From NCBI GenBank assembly GCA_900617105.1, contig UYFQ01000006.1, positions 248,001-312,000 on the forward strand: a stretch of 64,000 nt of DNA. Direction: 5' to 3'. Shown here in pieces: positions 1 through 9,356 of the stretch; within the stretch, counting starts at the first letter, position 1, and each line of letters begins with the position of its first letter. Position numbers and translations under genes: made by a program. The DNA is from Hydrurus foetidus (taxonomy: Eukaryota). The notes below the pieces were generated by a model, which did not search any database, was not told where the DNA came from, and was given only the letters and a program-made list of their open reading frames with translations.

Positions 1-25
1 CAGTGGGGTCAAATTCAATCTTCAT
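1..25 (-). CDS. DUF2283-like small protein, 5' end only (runs off window)
   Basis: ATG at 25-23 overlaps the upstream TGA (ATGA); reads MKIEFDPT, typical of a DUF2283 N-terminus; follows a DUF4258-like gene. Confidence 0.55.
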
Positions 26-276
26 GGGGTAACTCCGTATCTTTGCAACTGGCTGGTCAGGATGACCGTAATCACTGTCAGCACCACGCCATGGGCCACG
101 ATGACCCGCAGCAACATGGGTTTGCCATCACGCGACAGCAGACCCTGCATTTCGCTGCGGTCTTCCTGCGCAGTGATAGTGCGTAACGGCAATGCCAAGA
201 CCTGCTCAACCTCGGCCTCCGTCACACCGCGCTCCAGCATACGGGTTCTGGCATGGGCGCTGTATTGAAGGTTCAT
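22..276 (-). CDS. DUF4258-family protein (putative RelE/BrnT-like toxin)
   Basis: 84 aa, YSAHARTRMLERGVTEAEVEQVL...LRVIV...VITV pattern. Confidence 0.7.
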   Translation of the reverse strand: MNLQYSAHARTRMLERGVTEAEVEQVLALPLRTITAQEDRSEMQGLLSRDGKPMLLRVIVAHGVVLTVITVILTSQLQRYGVTP

Positions 277-334
277 GGCGTGGTTTTAGGCGCTTTGTCC
301 CGTTTCGTCAACGTCCCCGTGAATGCCTCCACGC

Positions 335-1429
335 TCACGAACTCAACCCCTCCACCGCCTGGAACATCGCCTGCCGTGCCTGGCTGATGATTTGCCCTTT
401 CCAGGCATCGGTGTCCGTATAGAACGCGCCCAGCACCTGTTGGCGAATCGATTCAGCCAGCTCAGGGGGCGCTTCTGGGTGCTGGCCCAGCCAATTACCG
501 GCCCGTATCGCGCCCATCATTTGAATAATTGGCAGCGTGCCGTATTCCATAGCGATGCCGGTGTACTCGGCTTGCGGGCACTCCTCATAGGTGCTGCTCC
601 ACATCAGCCCCGTCAAGAAGGCGGAAGTCGAAGAACCGTCGTAAATCGAGGTGACGTGGTTCTCGCCGGTGCCCCACCATGCGCGGGCGCGTTGCAAGGC
701 GGTGGCATCGTCCCGGCCAGCGAAGATGCGCTCGCCGATGCCGCTGGGGCCTAAGCCGGTGTGCAAATCCATCCACGCGATACGTTGGGCTTGGCCGCCG
801 TGCTGGCGCAGCACTTGGCGCACGGTTTGGTTGCTCCAGGTAGGTGCCGTGCCACCGAAAAACATGCCATTGGCAAACTCGTGCTGACCGCGTGTCACAG
901 CGGCTTGAAAGGCTGGTTCACCGTGGCGGGCAATGAAATCGACCACAGCGGCTTCGTTGGCCTCGCTCGGCGGCCAGTGGTCAGGCACTAGCAGGGCATG
1001 CAGCGCCCGGTAATCGGCGTTGACTGGCAGCGGCTGGCTGAAGTCGTGAAAGTTGCGGTTCAAATCGACGTTTTCATGCGTGGTACGGCTGAGGTACGAG
1101 AAACCGTAGGGGTTGAGTGCGTGGATGTACAGCACCGCCACACCCGCGTCCGCCGCTTTGGCTTGCCATTCGGCATCGTGCAGCGCAAACACCTGCACGC
1201 CGCTGCCGCAATGGCCCTCGACACCGTGGCAGGCACTGCTGACGATCAGCACGGACTTGGCATCCGCCGGGCCAGCGCGGGCCACGTCCATCGCCAGCAC
1301 CTCGCCTTCCAAGCCCTTTTTCGGGTGAACTTGCGACTCAACCAGCAAACCCGCCGTCGCTGCAGCCTCTAGAAATTTGATCCTCGCCTCTTTGTACCGG
1401 CTGGAAAACGCCGCTGCCACGCCGATCAT
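335..1429 (-). CDS. M14-type metallopeptidase (DUF2817 family)
   Basis: HGVEG, NPYG, NVDLNRNF and DLHTGLG motifs; start set at the ATGA overlap with the upstream gene. Confidence 0.85.
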   Translation of the reverse strand: MIGVAAAFSSRYKEARIKFLEAAATAGLLVESQVHPKKGLEGEVLAMDVARAGPADAKSVLIVSSACHGVEGHCGSGVQVFALHDAEWQAKAADAGVAVLYIHALNPYGFSYLSRTTHENVDLNRNFHDFSQPLPVNADYRALHALLVPDHWPPSEANEAAVVDFIARHGEPAFQAAVTRGQHEFANGMFFGGTAPTWSNQTVRQVLRQHGGQAQRIAWMDLHTGLGPSGIGERIFAGRDDATALQRARAWWGTGENHVTSIYDGSSTSAFLTGLMWSSTYEECPQAEYTGIAMEYGTLPIIQMMGAIRAGNWLGQHPEAPPELAESIRQQVLGAFYTDTDAWKGQIISQARQAMFQAVEGLSS

Positions 1430-2652
1430 GCTGCCACCTTGTGCGCGGACGCTGTAGCGCCATTCGCTTTGGCCAACCATTCCTCCGACAAGCGCACCCA
1501 GTAGGTCGCGCCCAGGGGGATCAACTCGTCGTTGAAGTCGTAACTCGGGTTGTGGATCATGCACGGCCCGCCGCCGTGACCCATTTCGCGGTGTGCGCCA
1601 TCGCCATTGCCGATGAAGCAGTACGCGCCGGGTTTGGCTTGCAGCATGTAGGCAAAGTCTTCCGCGCCCATCGTCGGCTCTTGGTGGAGAACATTGGCCT
1701 CGCCCACGATGCCGGTCATCACGTTGCGGGCAAAGGCGGTTTCAGCGGGTTCGTTGACGGTGGGGGGGTAGTTGCGCGTGAACTCAAACTCGCAGGTCGC
1801 ACCGAAAGCTGCGCAGGTGTGCTCAGCAATGGCTTGCATGCGGGCTTCGATCATGTCGAGCACCTCCAGCGTGAAGGTGCGCACGGTGCCCTGGATCTCG
1901 CAGCTGTCGGGCACCACGTTGGTCGCTTCGCCCGTGTGGATCATCGTGACGGACACCACGCCCGAATCCACCGGCTTGATGTTGCGGCTGACGATGGTCT
2001 GAAAAGCCTGCACCATCTGGCAGGCAATCGGCACCGGGTCAATGCTGTTGTGCGGCAGCGCAGCGTGGCTGCCCCGACCTTTGATGACGATTTTGAACTC
2101 GTTGCTTGATGCCATCACCGGCCCAGGGCTGAGCGCAAAGCTGCCCACAGGCATGCCGGGCCAGTTGTGCATCCCGAACACCGCGCCCACGGGGAACTGC
2201 TCAAACAAGCCGTCCTTGATCATTTCGCGGGCACCACCGCCGCCTTCTTCTGCGGGTTGAAAAATCAGATACACGGTGCCGTCAAAGTTGCGCTGCGTGG
2301 CGAAATGCTGAGCCGCCCCCAGCAGCATGGCAATATGACCATCGTGGCCGCAAGCGTGCATCTTGCCGGGGTACTGGCTGGCATGGGCGAAGTGGTTGTG
2401 CTCCGTCATCGGCAGCGCGTCAATGTCCGCCCGCAGGCCGATGGCGTGGTTCGACGTGCCGTTCTTAACGATCCCCACCACGCCCGTCGTTCCCATGCCC
2501 CGGTGGATGGGAATGCCCCACTCGGTGAGCTTGGCGGCAATCACATCAGCGGTGCGCACCTCCTCAAAGCAAAGCTCAGGGTGGGCGTGGATGTCACGGC
2601 GCACGCTGGAGATGCTGGCCGCTTGGGTAACGATGGAATCAATGGTCTTCAT
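1426..2652 (-). CDS. M20 aminoacylase/hippurate hydrolase-family amidohydrolase
   Basis: HPEL, LRADIDALP, MHACGHDGH, FQPAEEG, GAEDF, HNPSYDFND motifs. Confidence 0.93.
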   Translation of the reverse strand: MKTIDSIVTQAASISSVRRDIHAHPELCFEEVRTADVIAAKLTEWGIPIHRGMGTTGVVGIVKNGTSNHAIGLRADIDALPMTEHNHFAHASQYPGKMHACGHDGHIAMLLGAAQHFATQRNFDGTVYLIFQPAEEGGGGAREMIKDGLFEQFPVGAVFGMHNWPGMPVGSFALSPGPVMASSNEFKIVIKGRGSHAALPHNSIDPVPIACQMVQAFQTIVSRNIKPVDSGVVSVTMIHTGEATNVVPDSCEIQGTVRTFTLEVLDMIEARMQAIAEHTCAAFGATCEFEFTRNYPPTVNEPAETAFARNVMTGIVGEANVLHQEPTMGAEDFAYMLQAKPGAYCFIGNGDGAHREMGHGGGPCMIHNPSYDFNDELIPLGATYWVRLSEEWLAKANGATASAHKVAA

Positions 2653-2744
2653 GGGTTCATGTCCGGTTCACAAAGGAGTCGTTTGACCCACGATGGTAGC
2701 CTTTTAGCGGCTATGGAGTGTAAATTTGGCGCTACATTGACGGC

Positions 2745-4886
2745 ATGCTTGTACCTATCGTTGACTCCCACACCATTCGCGGTGCCTGTCCGCACGACTG
2801 CCCCGACACCTGCGCCCTGCTGACCACCGTGGTGGACGGCGTGGCAACCAAAGTGCAGGGCAACCCGGCCCATGCGCACACGGATGGCGTGCTGTGTACC
2901 AAAGTCTCGCGTTATGCCGAACGCACTTACTCGCCCGAGCGTCTGCTCTACCCGATGAAGCGCAGCGGCCCCAAAGGTACTGGGCAGTTCACCCGCATCA
3001 GTTGGGACGAAGCTCTGTACACCATCGCCCAGCGGCTCAAGTCCATCGCCGCGCGGGATGCCCAAGCCATTCAGCCTTACAGCTACGCGGGCACGATGGG
3101 GCAAGTGCAGGGCGAGGCGATGGCGGAGCGGTTTTTCAACCGGCTTGGGGCTGCGCTGCTGGACCGCACGATTTGCTCCAGCGCGGGCGGCGAGGGGCTG
3201 AACCAGACGCTGGGGGGCAAAGTGGGGATGCGGGTGGAGTTTTTCGCTGAATCCAAACTCATCCTGATCTGGGGCAGCAACTCGATTGGCTCCAACCTGC
3301 ATTTTTGGCGCTACGCCCAGATGGCCAAACGTGCCGGGGCCAAGCTGATTTGCATTGACCCGCGCAAGACTGAGACCGCCGACAAGTGCCACGAACACAT
3401 CGCCCTGCTGCCCGGTACCGACGCAGCCCTGGCCTTAGGGCTCATGCACGAGTTGATCGCCAATGACTGGCTTGACCACGACTATTTAGCACAGCATACC
3501 GAGGGTTGGAGCAAGCTGTGCGAGCGTGCCATGCTATGGAATCCAGAGCGTGCGGCGGCGGTGTGCGGCATCAACGCGGCGCAAATCCGCAGCTTGGCGC
3601 GGGATTACGGCAGCGCTGCGATGGCCGGTCAGCCCGTCGCCATCCGCATGAACTACGGGATGCAGCGCGTGCGCGGTGGCGGCAACGCGGCCCGTGCCAT
3701 TGCCTGCCTGCCCGCGCTGGTGGGCGCGTGGCGGCACCGTGCGGGGGGCGTGCTGCTGAGCAGTTCGGGGCAGTTCCCGGTCAACAAGGCGGCGTTGCTC
3801 AGGCCTGATTTGCTGGGTGCGCGTCGCCCGCGCACGGTCAACATGAGCACCATTGGGCAGGACTTGCTGCGTGCAGCGTCACCGATCAATGCGCCAGCGG
3901 ATGTACCAGCGTTCGGCCCCGCTATCGAAGCGCTGATCGTCTACAACAGCAACCCCGTCGCCGTCGCCCCGCAATCGGCGCAGGTGGTGCAGGGCTTTGA
4001 GCGCGAAGACCTGTTCACCGTGGTGCTGGAGCAGTTCCAGACCGACACCGCTGACTACGCCGACATCCTGCTGCCCGCCACCACGCAGTTGGAGCATTGG
4101 GACATCCACACCAGCTACGGCCACACCGACGTGCTGCTCAACCGCCCCGCCATCGCGCCAATGGGCGAAGCCAAACCCAACACGCAAATTTTCCGTGAAC
4201 TGGCCCAGCGCATGGGCTTTGACGATGCCTGCTTTGCCGACGATGACGAGACCCTGTGCCGCACCGCGTTCGATGCCCCATCGGATAAGGAATCCGGCGT
4301 GGACTTTGAAGCCCTGCTGCGTGACGGCTTTGCCACGCTCAAGCTGCCCGATGCCCCGTTTGCCCAAGGCGGCTTCCCCACGCCCTCGGGCAAGTGCGAA
4401 TTCTTCAGCCAACGGCTGGCCGACCAAGGCCAAGACGGCCTGCCTGACCATGTGCCGAACTACGAAACCTATGGGGATTCAAGCGCCTACCCGCTGGCCA
4501 TGATCTCGCCCCCGGCCCGCAACTTTTTGAACTCCACCTTCGTCAACGTGAGCAGCCTGCGGGCCATCGAAGGCGAGCCGCTGCTGGAAATCAACGCCAG
4601 CGATGCCACCGCTCGCGGTATCACCCACGGCCAAGTGGTGCGCGTATTCAACGATCGTGGCAGTTACCGCTGCAAGGTAGACGTGTCCCCACGCGCCCGC
4701 CCCGGAGTCGTCCATGGCATGGGGATTTGGTGGCGCAAACTCGGGCTGGACGGCACCAACGTGAACCAGCTCACCAGCCAAAACCTGACCGACATGGGAC
4801 GTGGGCCTACGTTTTACGATTGTTTGGTGGAGGTAGAACCGTGCGCCACAATGGATTCACATGTAACTATCACGAACTCACAATGA
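2745..4886 (+). CDS. Molybdopterin (bis-MGD) oxidoreductase family protein with N-terminal 4Fe-4S motif
   Basis: CPHDCPDTC...C motif, TADYADILLPATT, C-terminal molybdopterin-dinucleotide-binding domain; no Tat signal. Confidence 0.9.
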   Translation: MLVPIVDSHTIRGACPHDCPDTCALLTTVVDGVATKVQGNPAHAHTDGVLCTKVSRYAERTYSPERLLYPMKRSGPKGTGQFTRISWDEALYTIAQRLKSIAARDAQAIQPYSYAGTMGQVQGEAMAERFFNRLGAALLDRTICSSAGGEGLNQTLGGKVGMRVEFFAESKLILIWGSNSIGSNLHFWRYAQMAKRAGAKLICIDPRKTETADKCHEHIALLPGTDAALALGLMHELIANDWLDHDYLAQHTEGWSKLCERAMLWNPERAAAVCGINAAQIRSLARDYGSAAMAGQPVAIRMNYGMQRVRGGGNAARAIACLPALVGAWRHRAGGVLLSSSGQFPVNKAALLRPDLLGARRPRTVNMSTIGQDLLRAASPINAPADVPAFGPAIEALIVYNSNPVAVAPQSAQVVQGFEREDLFTVVLEQFQTDTADYADILLPATTQLEHWDIHTSYGHTDVLLNRPAIAPMGEAKPNTQIFRELAQRMGFDDACFADDDETLCRTAFDAPSDKESGVDFEALLRDGFATLKLPDAPFAQGGFPTPSGKCEFFSQRLADQGQDGLPDHVPNYETYGDSSAYPLAMISPPARNFLNSTFVNVSSLRAIEGEPLLEINASDATARGITHGQVVRVFNDRGSYRCKVDVSPRARPGVVHGMGIWWRKLGLDGTNVNQLTSQNLTDMGRGPTFYDCLVEVEPCATMDSHVTITNSQ

Positions 4887-6643
4887 CTCTTCGTCAATTC
4901 AACTTATTACCCCTTGGCTTGGCGTTGCTCATAGCTACGCCTGTATTCGCACAAGTCCTCAAAAAACCAGACCTAGACACGCTGGCAGCAAGCTGGCAAG
5001 GACAAAAACAACAGCCAGAACAAGAACAGAAGGGCTTCAACGCATTCTTAACCCACGCCCTTCGCATCAACCCCAGCTTGGAAGGCACCATCCGCACCTA
5101 CCGCGACCACAGGCGACTGGAAGGTGATGCACTCGCCCAGATGGGGCGCCTGCTGGGTGTATACAACCGTGCACAGAATCAGCAGGCCGTGATTGCCAGC
5201 ATAGGTGCGATGGTGGCAATACCTACGGTGCGTGACCCCAAAGTACCTCCGCATGAAAGCCCAGACATCATTGCTTTCGGGGCGTACATGGCAGAGCTGG
5301 CGGTTCAATTTGGGTTGCCTTTTCGCAATATGGATAACCGCATTTTCGAAATCACGCTACCGGGAACAGGGACTGATGACTTTGGCATACTGACCCATGC
5401 CGATGTAGTGCCTGTGGTTGCCTCCGAGTGGGTGATGGACAACGGCACCGTGTTAGACCCCTTCAAAATGGTGCAACTGGACGGCAAGCTGTATGGAAGG
5501 GGCACCATTGACGACAAAGGCTCCATCGCCGCCGTGCTCTATGCAATGAAAACGGTCAAAGACAGCGGTATCCCCTTGCTGCGCAGCGTTCGTCTGATGA
5601 TCGAGACGACCGAGGAAACGGGTGGCGATGCCATGATTTACTACCGTGCCAAAACGGCTCTGCCCAGCTATAACGTCGTGCTCGACAGCAAATATCCCGC
5701 CGTAGTCGCCGAAAAAGGGAGCGGGACGTTGATCGTTTCGCTTGCCAAACAAGCCAGCACTGCCACCACCTCAACCAGCACGGTAACAACCGCCATCACC
5801 GACATGCGGGCAGCGGCCTCTGTCAGCACGATCCCTCAATCGGCTACAGCCCGACTTCAAGGCGGAGACCTTGCCGCAGTGGCAACGCAACTGCTTGCCA
5901 GCAAGGAAGCATTCATCCGCCAATGGACACCCCAAGGCGGGACTTTTGCGATAGATGTGCAAACCCAGACGGAGGCCGTGACCGTAATGGTCACGGGCGT
6001 TTCCGCCCACGGTTCACGCCCTGAGGAAGGCGTGAACGCCTTGCCCCGTTTGACACAGTTTTTGCAATCTTCTCGCATTCCTTTCGCTGATAACGAGTAC
6101 AGCCAAGCCGTGCGCGTTATCAATGGGCTCTACGGCATCGGCTACTTGGGTGAGTCCTTAGGTGTAGGCTATACCGACAGCTTCATGGGGCCGCTCACCA
6201 TTTCCCCAACGGTCATTCGCATGACAGATACGGCGCTGGAAACCATCGCCAATGTGCGAATGCCCCGTGGCAACACGCCTGAAGCGCTGATCAACGCCAT
6301 TGAATCGAAGGCCTCCGACTGGGCAAAGTCTCAAAACATTGCCATAAAAATCAACCACAAACAAGGCAACTGGATGGCGCGCGACCCCAAAGGGGCTTGG
6401 CTGTCCACCTTGCTGAACATTTTTGCAGATACCACCGGACTGGAAGCCAAACCCGTACCAACGGCAGGTAGCACCACAGCCAAACTCATGCCAAACGCGA
6501 TTAATTTTGGGCCTGCCATGCCCGGTAAAAAATACACCGCCCACAACGCCAGGGAATATAAAGAGGTGGTTGACCTCGCTACCGATCTGCAAATGTTCAC
6601 CGAAATGTTGGTGCGCATCGGCAATTTGCCGTCAATGCAATAA
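4883..6643 (+). CDS. Secreted M20 dipeptidase (PepV/Sapep-like)
   Basis: Signal peptide; HADVVP, YGRGTIDDKG, TEETG, SAHGS, AHNAREY motifs; ATGA overlap with upstream gene. Confidence 0.85.
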   Translation: MTLRQFNLLPLGLALLIATPVFAQVLKKPDLDTLAASWQGQKQQPEQEQKGFNAFLTHALRINPSLEGTIRTYRDHRRLEGDALAQMGRLLGVYNRAQNQQAVIASIGAMVAIPTVRDPKVPPHESPDIIAFGAYMAELAVQFGLPFRNMDNRIFEITLPGTGTDDFGILTHADVVPVVASEWVMDNGTVLDPFKMVQLDGKLYGRGTIDDKGSIAAVLYAMKTVKDSGIPLLRSVRLMIETTEETGGDAMIYYRAKTALPSYNVVLDSKYPAVVAEKGSGTLIVSLAKQASTATTSTSTVTTAITDMRAAASVSTIPQSATARLQGGDLAAVATQLLASKEAFIRQWTPQGGTFAIDVQTQTEAVTVMVTGVSAHGSRPEEGVNALPRLTQFLQSSRIPFADNEYSQAVRVINGLYGIGYLGESLGVGYTDSFMGPLTISPTVIRMTDTALETIANVRMPRGNTPEALINAIESKASDWAKSQNIAIKINHKQGNWMARDPKGAWLSTLLNIFADTTGLEAKPVPTAGSTTAKLMPNAINFGPAMPGKKYTAHNAREYKEVVDLATDLQMFTEMLVRIGNLPSMQ

Positions 6644-6666
6644 CCTACAAGAAAGCCAGCATTTGC

Positions 6667-7797
6667 ATGAGTCACCCTCGCCAAGCTTGGCACATGACCC
6701 TGTTGACTACAGTACTCAGTTTGTGCGGTTTTTCGCTACTTTCAGGCTGCTCCACCGCTAGCTACTACTGGCAATCCGTCAACGGCCATGTGCAGATGAT
6801 GCGCACAGCCCGCCCCGTCACTGACTGGCTGAAAGATGGCCGCACGTCGGAGGCGCTGCGCAACCGCCTCCTGCTCAGCCAGCGCATCCGCGATTTCGCA
6901 AGCGCCGAGCTGAAGCTGCCCGACAACCCCAGCTACCGCAGCTACGCCGATCTGCAACGCCGTGCCGTGGTGTGGAACGTGGTGGCCGCGCCGCCGTATT
7001 CCCTCACGCTCAAAACCTGGTGCTTCCCGGTGACGGGCTGCGTGGGCTACCGGGGGTACTTTGACGAAGCAGCGGCCAAAGCCGAGGCTGAGTTGTTGAA
7101 AACCACCGACGACCTGGAGGTCAGCGTCTACGGCGTGCCCGCGTATTCCACCTTGGGCTGGCTGAACTGGGTGGGGGGCGACCCGCTGCTCAACACCTTC
7201 ATCGGCTACCCCGAGGGCGAGCTGGCCCGCATGGTGTTCCACGAGCTGGCCCACCAAGTCGCCTTCGCGTCAGACGACATGGGGTTCAACGAGTCGTTTG
7301 CCACGGCGGTCGAGCGCCTGGGTGCCGAGCGCTGGCTCAGCACCCAAGCCAGCCCGACGGCCCGTGCCGAGTACGAAGCCTTCGACGCGCAACGCCGCCA
7401 GTTCAGGGCACTGACGCTGAGCACGCGCCGGGCCTTGCAAACGGTATACGCACAAAAACCGACAAGTCAGCTTGATACATCAGCGCTACCAGCTATGAAA
7501 TCAGGAGTCATGCAACGCTTCCGTGACGACTATGCCGCCCTCAAAGCCGCCTCAGCCCAACGGGGCGAACCACCCGCGCGGTGGGCGGGTTACGACGGCT
7601 GGGTAGGCCGCGCCAACAACGCGTCATTTGCCGCCCAAGCCGCTTACGACGATCTGGTGCCCGCCTTTGAAGCCCTGTTCCAAGCGCAAGGGCGTGACTG
7701 GCTGCAGTTTTATGATGCGGTGAAGCAGTTGACCCAGCTGGCCAAAGACGAACGACTGCAGCAACTCAAACAACACCTGGAGACGCCCCATGGCTGA
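6667..7797 (+). CDS. Predicted zinc aminopeptidase lipoprotein (DUF2265-like)
   Basis: Lipobox LSGC; WCFPVTGCVGYRGYF, GVPAYSTLGW, HELAH...FNESFA motifs. Confidence 0.85.
   Translation: MSHPRQAWHMTLLTTVLSLCGFSLLSGCSTASYYWQSVNGHVQMMRTARPVTDWLKDGRTSEALRNRLLLSQRIRDFASAELKLPDNPSYRSYADLQRRAVVWNVVAAPPYSLTLKTWCFPVTGCVGYRGYFDEAAAKAEAELLKTTDDLEVSVYGVPAYSTLGWLNWVGGDPLLNTFIGYPEGELARMVFHELAHQVAFASDDMGFNESFATAVERLGAERWLSTQASPTARAEYEAFDAQRRQFRALTLSTRRALQTVYAQKPTSQLDTSALPAMKSGVMQRFRDDYAALKAASAQRGEPPARWAGYDGWVGRANNASFAAQAAYDDLVPAFEALFQAQGRDWLQFYDAVKQLTQLAKDERLQQLKQHLETPHG
7455..7509 (-). repeat. Copy of dispersed ~55-bp GCTAY-N7-RTAGC element, inside aminopeptidase CDS
   Basis: Core GCTAT-gaaatca-GGAGT at 7492-7508; gap-free alignment to the other copies (GC at 26-27, AAGC at 37-40, C at 49, TTT at 53-55). 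Confidence 0.7.
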
Positions 7798-8155
7798 CAT
7801 CACCATCCACCGCACCCACACCCTGGGTCTGCCCGCCGCCCGCAAAGTCGCCTTTGCCTGGGCTGAACAAGCCGAAGCCGATTTCGGCATGGAATGCACC
7901 TACGAAGAAGGCAAAACGGCCGATTTGCTCAGCTTCAAACGCTCTGGCGTGAGCGGCACGCTGAACGTGACCAAGACCGAGTTCAACCTGGAGGCGAAAC
8001 TGGGCTTTTTGATGAGCGCGTTCAAAGAGAAGATTGAGGCGGAGATTGTGAAGAATCTGGACGGTCTGCTGGCGGCTCAGCCGGTGGCGAAGGCCGCTGT
8101 GAAGGCGGCGGTGAAGAAGGTGGCGGCCAAGAAGTCGGTTGAAAAAGGCCGTTGA
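7790..8155 (+). CDS. Polyhydroxyalkanoic acid system family protein with Lys/Ala-rich tail
   Basis: MADITIHRTHTLGL...FKRSGVSGTL...KLGFLM pattern. Confidence 0.8.
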   Translation: MADITIHRTHTLGLPAARKVAFAWAEQAEADFGMECTYEEGKTADLLSFKRSGVSGTLNVTKTEFNLEAKLGFLMSAFKEKIEAEIVKNLDGLLAAQPVAKAAVKAAVKKVAAKKSVEKGR

Positions 8156-8167
8156 TTACGCGAGCGC

Positions 8168-9340
8168 TTAGGGCGGCAAATACCGCTCCACCAAATGCGC
8201 CCAATAGCTTGCCCCGGTGACCAGAATGTCATCGTTGAAATCGTAGCCAGGGTTGTGTACCATGCAGCTGCCTTCCCCCGCGCCATTGCCGATCAGCAGG
8301 TAGCAGCCCGGCACTTTTTCCAGCATGAAGGCGAAATCTTCGCTGCCTGAGAGTGCAGCCCCCTGTGCCGTGACACGCTCAGCCCCGAACAATTCGGTCG
8401 CGACGGTGGTGGCAAAGTGGGTTTCTGCCTCGGTGTTGACCAGCACGGCATAGCCATGGCGGTAGTCCACATTGGCCTGCACGCCGTAGCTGGTGGCTTG
8501 TGCCGCTACCAGTTCGTGAATGCGGCGCTCCAGCATCGCACGCACGGACGGGTTCAGCGAACGCACGCTGATCTCTAACCTCACCTCATCGGGAATCACG
8601 TTGTTGGCGTTACCGCCGTGGATGGACCCCACCGTGACCACGGCCATGTCCAGGGGGTTCACGTTGCGCGAGACCACCGTTTGCAGCGCCATGATGATGG
8701 ACGCCGCCGCCACGACAGGGTCGGCCGCGAACTGAGGCATGGCACCATGTCCACCGGTGCCGCGCACGGTGACGGTGACGTAATCCGATGACGCCATGAA
8801 CGGCCCACTGCGAAACACCAAGTGCCCGGCAGGATGACCCGGCATGTTGTGCAGCGCAAACACGGCATCGCAAGGGTATTTGGTGAACAAGCCATCGGCC
8901 ATCATCCGCACGGCGCCGCCCATGCCTTCTTCAGCGGGCTGAAAAATCAGGTTCAGCGTGCCCGAAAACTGGCGCGTATCCGCCAAATAGTGCGCGGCCC
9001 CCAGCAGGGTGGCGGTGTGGCCATCATGGCCGCAAGCGTGCATCACGCCCTCTGTGGTGCTGGCCCAGGTGAGTCCGGTTTTCTCTTGAAGAGGCAAAGC
9101 GTCCATATCGGCCCGCAGCCCGAGGGTTCGTGTGCTGGGGCCGTGGCGCAAGCGCCCCACCACGCCCGTGCCACCCAGCCCGCGCTCGACCTCGTAGCCC
9201 CAGTCGGTCAGGCAGCGGGCTACGATCTCGCTGGTGCGGTGCTCTTCAAAACCCAATTCAGGGTGGCTGTGGACATCGCGGCGCAGCGTGGTCATTTCGC
9301 TGCGGTAGTGCTGCAAGGCTTCAATCATTGTGGTGTTCAT
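8168..9340 (-). CDS. M20 aminoacylase/hippurate hydrolase-family amidohydrolase (second paralog)
   Basis: HPEL, LRADMDALP, MHACGHDGH, FQPAEEG, GSEDF motifs; AAGGA RBS before ATG 9340. Confidence 0.93.
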   Translation of the reverse strand: MNTTMIEALQHYRSEMTTLRRDVHSHPELGFEEHRTSEIVARCLTDWGYEVERGLGGTGVVGRLRHGPSTRTLGLRADMDALPLQEKTGLTWASTTEGVMHACGHDGHTATLLGAAHYLADTRQFSGTLNLIFQPAEEGMGGAVRMMADGLFTKYPCDAVFALHNMPGHPAGHLVFRSGPFMASSDYVTVTVRGTGGHGAMPQFAADPVVAAASIIMALQTVVSRNVNPLDMAVVTVGSIHGGNANNVIPDEVRLEISVRSLNPSVRAMLERRIHELVAAQATSYGVQANVDYRHGYAVLVNTEAETHFATTVATELFGAERVTAQGAALSGSEDFAFMLEKVPGCYLLIGNGAGEGSCMVHNPGYDFNDDILVTGASYWAHLVERYLPP

Positions 9341-9356
9341 GTTGGATTCCTTACGG

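Noticed and set aside
4727..4882. N-terminal extensions in the ORF track (also 1430-1564, 9341-9487, 13670-13867, 45229-45357, 62847-63104)
   Set aside because: They overlap neighbouring genes or the riboswitch; downstream ATGs with RBS or ATGA coupling fit the protein families better.
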